A DNA stretch of 34,487 nt from assembly GCA_000708835.1 (NCBI GenBank), contig DF237720.1, positions 1 through 34,487 on the forward strand. The letters run 5' to 3'. The notes under the pieces are model-generated. The model saw nothing but the letters and a program-made list of their open reading frames with translations. It was not told where the DNA came from and did no database searches. Both the position numbers and the translations under genes were made by a program. This DNA comes from Klebsormidium nitens (Eukaryota > Plantae > Klebsormidiophyceae). Below are positions 20,257 through 28,887 of the stretch, in pieces; position 1 is the stretch's first letter, and every line of letters starts with the position of its first letter.

Positions 20257-21627
20257 ATGAGAAGCGATGATCCATTTGAGCGGCTTCCTGACAGCCTGAT
20301 ACTCGAGCAGATACTCTCAAAGATTCCTGATGTAAGGAGCCTCCAGCGGGTTGCTGCATCTTGCCGGCGATTCAGGACGTTGGTTACACAAGTTGACACA
20401 ATAGAATTCGAGTTTCCCAGCCTGAAACTGCTCAATTGGCCGTGCACGGACCTGGCTACTGCACAGATGCTGGCCAGGACGGCCAAGGGGTGTCTCAAGA
20501 TTTTGAAAGTTGTAAGTGACAATCTGTGTGAGGGCAGCTTGCTCTCCTGGGTAGCATCTGTCAGTCAGAGTCTGGAGCAGCTGACTATCATGGAAGGGCA
20601 GGAAAGATGTCATTCCTACTTTCGCCTGGAGGCAGCGTCTCTGTGCCCACACCTGCGAGAGTTGCATCTTACAGGTCTAAGAGACTTCAATGCAACGTTT
20701 GACTGGATTGTGAGGTGTAAAGGTGGATTCAGAGTCCTCGAGACTCTCCATTTGCAAGGTATCACAATGACCCAAGAGTCATCGACTCAGCTAGTGGGCC
20801 TTTGTCCGAAACTTCAGCAGCTTGAACTTAAAGGTTTGAGTGGCGTCGACCGCATCAGGCTTGAAAGTAGCACCATCAATTGTGTCGTACTGACACCCAA
20901 CGAATCTTTAAAGGAGAACCTGTTTTTAGAAGAGAGTTTTCTGGAGGTTACACTTACGATGCCAGCTCTTTGCAAACTCACAGTGGAGGGTGTCCGTAAT
21001 GCTCTGAAGGTCGTCGATGCACCTCTCAGGTTCCTCCGACTTCAAGGATGCCACAAAGATCTAGCTCTTGATCTTGGCAGTAAGGTTGATCTGCGAAGCT
21101 TGATCGTGCGACAAAATCCTTGGCCCCCAGACGGCACGTCGCCTGTGGAGAGATTACCGGTTGGAAAGTTTTTGACGATATTGAAGCTAACAAAACCTGC
21201 AAGACTGAGGGTGCTAGTGATCCCTTTTGTTGACTACGATGAACAGATAACTCGGGACGAGGCCATTCAGTTTGTTGAGCACATCACAGGGCTTGAGAGC
21301 CTCTACATTTCTGCCAGCTTTTTGGCAGCTTGCGGACTGAGTTCTCCACCAGATGAGGGCATAGGCGGACATTTTCAGAACCTCTTGAGGGAACGGACCC
21401 TCACAAACCTGGAGTCAATCTGCTACTTCCTGGACGTAGACGAGCCTGAGTGCTTCGAGTTTGTGCAAAGTATTGCGAGCAGGAGCAACCAATTGAAGAA
21501 GGTGATTATCTTTGCAGCGACAGAGGTATTTTCAGGGCCCGGCAACTTAGTATCTGAATTTCTCCAGTTTCAACGATCTCACCCTCAAATTCGGGTTGAC
21601 TACCGCGAATGCAGCACCTTCGATTGA
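20257..21627 (+). CDS. F-box / LRR (RNI-like) protein, single exon, 456 aa
   Basis: Uninterrupted ORF. The N-terminal F-box reads DPFERLPDSLILEQILSKIPDVRSLQRVAASCRRFRTLV. It is followed by LRR-like repeats (LCPHLRELHLTGL, LETLHLQGI, LCPKLQQLELKGL, LESLYIS). First ATG is at 20257; the ORF track starts at a GTG at 20233. Confidence 0.88.
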   Translation: MRSDDPFERLPDSLILEQILSKIPDVRSLQRVAASCRRFRTLVTQVDTIEFEFPSLKLLNWPCTDLATAQMLARTAKGCLKILKVVSDNLCEGSLLSWVASVSQSLEQLTIMEGQERCHSYFRLEAASLCPHLRELHLTGLRDFNATFDWIVRCKGGFRVLETLHLQGITMTQESSTQLVGLCPKLQQLELKGLSGVDRIRLESSTINCVVLTPNESLKENLFLEESFLEVTLTMPALCKLTVEGVRNALKVVDAPLRFLRLQGCHKDLALDLGSKVDLRSLIVRQNPWPPDGTSPVERLPVGKFLTILKLTKPARLRVLVIPFVDYDEQITRDEAIQFVEHITGLESLYISASFLAACGLSSPPDEGIGGHFQNLLRERTLTNLESICYFLDVDEPECFEFVQSIASRSNQLKKVIIFAATEVFSGPGNLVSEFLQFQRSHPQIRVDYRECSTFD

Positions 21628-23548
21628 TGATAGAATACAGTACAATATCGAAGCACTCCCTAAGGACTTTCTTCAGACTTGTCCGCTTTTCAAGATGTCA
21701 CACAAAGCTTCAAGGTGTCAAACGGTTGCAGTAAAGGGTGGTGCAATCAAGTGCACTCCGCATATGAGCTATTTATTGCGGAGTCGGCCTTCAAGCCCTC
21801 AACTCCTTGGGCAGATATGTTTTGGGAAGATACATACGCGTGTACTTAATTCTTGAGTGCAGCCTGCGGTCCAGATATGCATGCACGTTTATGTTTGAAC
21901 ATATGATCAGGAGATTGCAACAGAAATGCCACATGCTAGTCGATCATGGATAAGAAATGCGATTTTCTAAAACATTTCCACCCATTCGTGGCGATATTAA
22001 GTGCCGATCGACGCACATCATTGTGCAACTAGCAATTGTCTGAGTCGTTGATATTGCCTCTATCGAACATGCCCGACTAATTATGTACCATGCAACGACA
22101 TGGGCCAATGGCATGAGTGACAGGGCCGCGGCCTGGTTGGAACATGCTCATGCACGCCATGATACGGTAGTATACCGTATATATCACTTTCACTATTTGA
22201 TGAGTACAGTGTTAGTGACCTTCGGTTATATGGCTTTAACGCTCGCACTGGGGATCAGGCTTGCATGTGAAATTCACATATGCGTCCATGGACACATGGA
22301 CTGCAGTCTGCTTCATGTCATGATCACTAGCTTTGCAATTTTGCAGTGAATATGATCACTTATGCCCCCAAAAGAGCCTTCAAACAATAAAATAAGATAA
22401 GAATTAGTGCAGATGAAGCTTGGAAGACGGAACAAGCGGCTCAGTGACTTGAATTCTTGAGACAAAACCATTCTTGCTATCTTAGTAGGTGACGTTGGGA
22501 ACCGCGAGTAGTGAGAGTCATGCTGCTTAATTCCGGCTCTGCACCACTCGTATCATATGAGTGACATAGACATATACGATATAGGTATGCGAAGTTGAAT
22601 GCCTGGCATCATGTCGTATACATGCACATGCAAAATCATTGATTCCAATCAATTACATAATCAGTGGATCCTATAGTAATTACCAGCCGTGAATTGCATT
22701 GCCAGCCGCTTAATATCATGCACACCGTGACGTTTACCTATGGTGAACATAGCAATTATTCGTTCAGCTCAGGTAAAAGCTCATGCGGTCAGCATCTTTA
22801 ATCTTCAAATATTTATCCCATGCATGCAGGAATCATATAATGAGTTGATTGATGGTCGATGCCCCCCTTTGCCGAACGTACTGAGAACATGTTGGGAGTG
22901 AGTTCGACAATCAGTTATAGCTCCATCAAGGAGGGGAGGTGAGCACACGTGTACAACGCCCACTTGGTACGTTCAAGCTGGCAAGGATGACAACTAGTTG
23001 TTGCCCTCAGCCGCACAGCCTCCCATTTGTAGCAGGTCCGACCGGCAGTACGCAACCTCATACAAGATGCAATGCATGGCGCCGTTGTTTGGGCGTATGA
23101 CAGTGGTAAGGCCTTGGAACCGTACTAGAGCAGAGTACAAGCGTCAGTAGTTTCTGGGTTTACGAAGATACATGCACCTAAACCAGAGGGTGGGTTGCAA
23201 GAACAGTCTGCATGGGGGGAAAGCTCGACCTGTCTAAACATGCTAGGCAGTCGTTGGCGTTGTCTGGTTTCTGCTTCAGAGGAAGCACTATCACGGACCA
23301 AGGTGCACACCAGGGATGTCGAGTTGGACCCAGCACTTGCTTGGATTTCAGGATCCAGTCCACCAGACAAGCGGCATGATACTTTCTGGTCAAAGCCGAC
23401 AAGTAAGTCCGTATTCCTGCTATCCCTTCAAGTTGCACGTGCCTTTAAATACACCAACACTTCATGTGACAGTTGTAATCTACCCCTTTCTTTCCCACAA
23501 ACGGATGGTGTAGTAACTAACACGAACATACTTCAATGCACTGCTGTG

Positions 23549-26500
23549 TCATTGTTGCACGCTGGGCTGCGACTTTGAGACTTCTTCGGACCTCGTTGAA
23601 ACCACAGACTGCGAAACCGCTGGCTGCGCCCCAAACGTACTTCGAAGGAGCGCGATATCCTCTGGGCCCCCGATTTGCAGCTTGTCTAACCAACCTCGGT
23701 CAGAGCCAGCTACGGCAGCTTCAAAGAAGAGAATGAAGAAAGCTAAGGAGCATGATTGCGGACAAATTACTCAGTGAACGAACGGTATGCTAGCCTGACC
23801 TTGGAAAAACTTGTGATTGAACACCACTTCTCTTGGCAACAAGACAACTCCTGACCCTGGAATAGATGCAACAGGTCGTTACGAGAGGATCTCAACAACA
23901 AGAGGGAAAAAGCGAAATCATATGTGCCTTAGAAGACTCGCCTGTTACACGCAGGAACACCCTGTCCTCTGAGTAGCGCACAACAGAATCCCGGAAACTC
24001 ACGTTTTCTGTCCCGAAGCCTGGCTAGAGGCCCCCTCCGCTGGCTCCGTAACTGCTCCGCTTTGGCAAGCAGCGGTTGTAACCGCGCGGCCATGCCGGCA
24101 ACCTGACGGGCCGCCTCTCCAACTGGCAGAGGCAGACAAAGAGTTATGATTCTCCCACACAAGCAACTTGTTTCAAAAGGTTCGTACATGTATCCGAATC
24201 TTGAAGATGCATGGGAACTGGCCCGAGAATCGATCATTGAGGACAGCGTGGGAGGCGAAAAACGGAGCAGACGTCTCGTGAAGTTCAACCGTCACTCAAA
24301 TTGAGGACGAGAGACATAGCGACAAACTGGTGACCGATCGATCAGTGAGGTGAGGCGTAGCTTGTTTTATCTCGGAACGGCAAAACGGTCCATATCTGAA
24401 AGCAGACATCTTGATGTTAACGGGGCCGACATAACTCCGTCGTCAAACTTTACTTCCTTTGATTGCTTACCAGTCTGAGACGGATTGCAAAATGTCGTAT
24501 CGACCTCATCTCTCTTTTTCCCGCATTGCTTACAGTCTTTTTCACCTCAACAACGGGAAGACGGCCAAAGGAAGAGACGTAGAGGGAATGACAGCGGCAG
24601 TGCAATAGTGCAGACGTCGCACTCGGGACAGGGAACCGGCCGGAAAAGCAGATTTTGAAATATGGAGATGCAAGTTCGCACTGGGCTTGCGCGCAACTGC
24701 ACTGGCCCTGAGTATCGCTGGGTCCTTGTTCCTTGCCGCCCACTAACAGAAGCACGGGCGCCTGGAACTCGTTCCGCGTCCCCCCTAAAAAGGTCAGATA
24801 TGCCCCAAAGAAGCTGACACCGATAGAGGTCACAAAACGGTCGAAAAGAAACCAGTGAGTTGAGAGACGCACCAGCGTCGCCCTCAGCGGAACCCACAAT
24901 CGTCTTGAGGCTTTCAGCCTCCCGTTGGCACCGGCTGATTTCTCGATCAGTCGCACGCAGCTGATTCTTTAGCCCAGCGGACGAGGCGGTAGTCTGCAGG
25001 AACCATAAACGGCGGCTATCGGACTGACCTCGTCTTTGTGACGTCCCTAAAATAAATCTAGGTTTGAGATCACGAGCTGGGTTGGTATCAAAGACTGGGC
25101 CTAAGCTGACAGATTGGGGTCAAGTCGGCATTCCCGCTGGCCGTTTGCTCGGATGCACAGAAACTATTATGTTCATCCCTGCTCCCGCGGCAGAGCAAAG
25201 GTAAGGGTCTCATTTTGCGAAGTCTGAGGCTGACACTTTGTATGGAGACGTGTAGACGGGCGGAAGGAGACGATTGCTCGCTGTGAAGGGGCCCATCCAC
25301 TGCAAGCCCGGACGTAGTGCAATATGGCCCGAATGTGATCAAGCCAAAGCCGAGATTAGTAAGATCTTTGGGGCTTGACAAAATCAAGTGCTCGTTGAGG
25401 CGGCCCCCTCGGTTCGAAAGTGTTGCCGGTGTAGACGAAAAGAGTTCGATACAGTCACACATACCGAGAAGGTATGTACGAAAGGAGCCAAGTCCATCCC
25501 TGCTGATACATGCCCCTCGGTTCGAAGCTGATGCCGGTGGGGACGGAACCACGTTGATGAAGTCGCACACAGACAGAAGGTAGGAAAGAATTCAAGCGTT
25601 TCTTTGCTGATCATGTTATGTTGACCCTAGATAAGTAAGGGATCCGCGACAGAATGTCTTTGATATGAACCAGGACGTTGTGCAGCTTTGAAACTCCGTC
25701 CTGAATGACTTGACCATCTGAGATGCTCAACTGTTTAAAAAGTGCTTGGACCGGCTACGCATACCTGCTCGATCCTCTCCCGCAGCTCCTGAAGCTCGGC
25801 GTCAAGCGCTTGCTCCTCTGCCGGGTTGTAGACAGCACCATTTGAAGCTCCAGGGGCCTGTCAGACAGGGGTGCGCGGATGGGTGCCAAGGAGACCTTCC
25901 GTTTTGTCCATGCTTTATCCCTTCCGTTTCGCTAGTGTGGGCCGCTTACAAGCTTTTGTACTGGTGATACATGGGCCACCGGAAGGCATGTATGTCAATC
26001 GGCAAAGGAGTCAAAGAGCCTGCCAAGATGGTTCTTCTATGGCTTGTTACAGCTTTCGGACACATATTTCTGAGAATTCCCACTTCAATAAGGAACAAAG
26101 AGCAGGTGACTGTGTTCCCTTGGCACTCAGCCTCAGATTTTGGATCTGCAAGCTGAACAGTTCAGAAAAGTGCGGGATCGAGTAGGCCAAGCACGCTTAC
26201 CTGAGGCTGAGGAAGGAGAAGAGCTGGCGGCAGAGCAAAGACCTTGCGGAGCGCATCCCGCTCCCAGTCCGCAAGGCTGGAATCTAGTGCTTCTTGCACG
26301 TGATTATCGTATAGATCCTCGATATCCTGGACAAACGTAGTCAAGCCTGAGACTTCGATGGCTAGCTGAGGCCCTCAAGTCCATTGGCGATGGAACCCGT
26401 ATACTTTTCCAAGCAAAGCCGAGCAAGTTTTCCGTTGTTGTGTAAGTTACAGGTTCATGAGTTAGCAGAGAACTAGCTGGTCATGAGCTTTTTGCAAACT

Positions 26501-26805
26501 TCGCATTGAGGGGCGCTCTGTCATCAGTATTGCATTGCCACACACATGTCCGTTTGTGGGGTGGTTCTGATTGCTGGCAAGGTGCAGTGATCTGGTCGTC
26601 TGCAGTGTGATATATCTGTCAGCAGAATACTTATGCATATGCAACGAAGGCTCACCTCAAATATTTTAAACTTAGCCTCGTCACTCAAGCCTAAGGACTG
26701 GTCCTCGTTTATGACCCTGCAAGCAGCAAGGGTGATGCATAAGTTGGAGCCTTCTTCCACGTCAACATGACTTTGTCGCTTCCTCCCTGCCAACTCTGCC
26801 ATCAT
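23549..26805 (-). CDS. MIS12: MIS12-like kinetochore protein. Minus-strand exons 26805-26656, 26365-26201, 25857-25765, 24993-24873, 24545-24534 (possible microexon), 24122-24003, 23709-23549; about 273 aa
   Basis: The spliced translation contains FVQDIEDLYDNHVQEALDSSLADWERDALRKVFALPPALLLP and EEQALDAELQELRERIEQ, followed by coiled-coil heptads. These resemble the Mis12 blocks recalled from plant MIS12 (FINE..N.VED.V..AFD; L..WE...LR..F.VP....LP; LDAELDSLR). Exons are GT-AG and in frame. The first and last exons are less certain. Confidence 0.72.
25405..25588. repeat. Degenerate tandem duplication (108-nt period, about 80-nt units) inside MIS12 intron 3
   Basis: cccctcggttcgaa occurs exactly at 25405 and 25513. 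The blocks tgccggtg, agtc.cac and agaaggta follow collinearly in both copies. Confidence 0.8.
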
Positions 26806-28189
26806 TACGAAAGAGGCCAAATGGAATTGGCAGGGCCTACGCACCAGGTGAAATGTGGGCTCGTTTGGACACATGTTGCAGCTCTCACATTGCTTGAGCT
26901 TTTACCATTTATAAGAAACGCACCCTGCAAAGCCAAGAGCTCAGGTTGACGCATCAACAATTAGGCCTTGCTCAACCAAACGACAACAGTTACTTGAAGC
27001 TTATTGCATGAGGATCTCAGATCTCAGGGGGGCCAGATAAGCAGCTTCGAGCCATGACAAGGACCAGAACAGAAGCTGTAAATGCAGACCCCAATATAGC
27101 TCACTTTTGAAATTGCTGAAAGCCCTGTTCGAAACACTCGTGAACCTGCAGCAAACCAGAGAGGAGTGCAGATCAGAGAATCGTTACTTTACCACCAGGC
27201 CATACCCTCACATATCCATGGCTTCATGCACGGGCAGGTGCAACTGCCGGCATGGTCGGAAAAATGGAGGAAGCCACAGTCCCGCCACTGTTTCATTTCG
27301 ACCTATTGAAGACTCTTTAGGTTACACTGTGAAGGGGGCGCATTAGATACCTGCTGATTGAGACCCCTGTAAATCTGGCAATATAGCTCAGAAACAAATT
27401 CGTACTGTCTTTCTATGTTTGTTTGGGCACCATCTCCATGTAACCAGATTGCATGTTTGAAGTCTTCGTTTAGCAATTACCTTGCAAAATCAGCTCTGAC
27501 TGCAACAAATCATACATTGACATACCCTCCAGTCCCTCACCATATCTTTTGCGTTTTCCAGGAATTCAGCGCCTTCCGATTTGAAGTCTCGGACTCTAAC
27601 CAGCGAGCTAACGTGCGAGCCCATGTTGATGTCTGGCGCATCTGCATCTTCACCAGGTCTTTCTTCCATTGCTCCAATGCACTACTTGGCGCACAGGTTG
27701 AAGCTGCCTTTTTGCACAGATGATATTTGTGTAAGTTACCCAAAGTGGGCCCCAGCAACCAAAGCAAATTATCCTAGATGACCGCCAATGAGGAAAATTA
27801 TCACAGTGCTCCGTTCACCTAACCCTCTGCATGTTGTTCAGGAACTACATCAACGTGCCGCTCAGCCAACATATGATCCCCGCACTGACCAACGCACATG
27901 ACAAAATCGTATACCTAGATGCAGTGGCAGGAGTTATTCTGGAAAGGAATCAGCCTCCATCAACCAGACTTGGGAACCTTGTGCCAGTGGCAATTTGAAG
28001 ACTTGTTGGCCATACAGACTAAGGTAAGCTTTAGAACTTACATAGAAGTTCAGTAGGTAAAGGCCCAAATTTGAAGTTGTCAAGAGTTGAACTTGAAGTT
28101 CAGAGTGAAACCACATTCAACATTGCCATTGGGCAGGACTCCCTAGACCCTCACTGGCCTCAGGCTGAGCCCCTGCTGAGTACAGTACC

Positions 28190-28483
28190 TACCGTAGTCC
28201 AACGTGATGATTCCGAACGATTTTATTTCAAATTATTTTCCAACAATCCGACCAAATAAGTGGAATTATTTATGCTGATTCCGACCAGAATCCGAATGCC
28301 CTATGGTCTGACTTGGAAGGGGAGTTTTCGGCTGTTTTTGGCAGTTTTACGGCTTCCGAGGACTATTTCAAAGTTATTTTACCTTTCCGAAATTCTACTT
28401 TCCGAATGGGAAATCCGAATTTCTGACTTTCCGAACGCAGATAATTATTTATTTATTCGGAATCATTACGTTGGACTACGGTA
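28190..28483. mobile_element. MITE, Tc1/mariner superfamily (pogo/Tc2-like CCGTA termini); element 28192-28481 flanked by TA
   Basis: 26-bp TIRs: ccgtagtccaacgtgatgattccgaa (28192-28217) against the reverse complement of 28456-28481, 25/26 identical. TA at 28190-28191 and 28482-28483. AT-rich non-coding interior with nine TCCGA copies on the + strand. Confidence 0.9.
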
Positions 28484-28497
28484 TGCAATTTGATTGC

Positions 28498-28507
28498 TTC
28501 CCGCCAA
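28498..28507 (+). promoter_or_regulatory. E2F-like site TTCCCGCCAA upstream of RanBP1
   Basis: Matches the E2F consensus core TTSSCGC. It sits at the edge of a CpG-rich promoter-like zone about 380 bp before the RanBP1 ATG. This is a motif match only. Confidence 0.3.
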
Positions 28508-28887
28508 TTTTAGACTCCACCCGCTGGTCTACAATAGTGTCCGTCGATCAACCGCATGTGAGACTATCCGACGGCTTCAGAAAGACTGCGCGCGTAGCCG
28601 AGAGTCAACCATTACCGGACCATAATGCGGGCCAATCATCGCGTCGGGCTGGGCCCCAAAGAAATAGATTCACCATTACCGCGGCGTGCTAGACGGTATT
28701 AATAATGTAACCGTATTAATACGAAGCTCGAGACATGCGAAATGCTCGATCTGACCCTGGGCCTGAGTCTGACTCTTGGCGATCGCTTTGAAATTTGTTG
28801 TCTTCAAACAGTGCACCCCATCGTTCCGATAGGAGTGGCGACGTTCTTGAGAAGCATCTCTTCAGGAGTTTAGGATCGGAAGTCACC

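Noticed and set aside
22082-22098. 13-nt match (gtaccatgcaacg) between the 22 kb spacer and the reverse strand of the 31.9 kb spacer
   Set aside because: The match does not extend, and it is plausible by chance in CATG-rich sequence. It is not evidence of a shared element.
23929-24288. 119-aa ORF that at first looked like a transposon fragment
   Set aside because: It is explained by MIS12 exon 24122-24003 plus flanking intron read-through.
25405-25600. tRNA T-loop/B-box (ggttcgaa) or hammerhead ribozyme (tgatga...gaa) reading of the intronic repeat
   Set aside because: There is no cloverleaf or A box, the B-box CC is missing, and the hammerhead core CUGANGA/GAAA is not intact.
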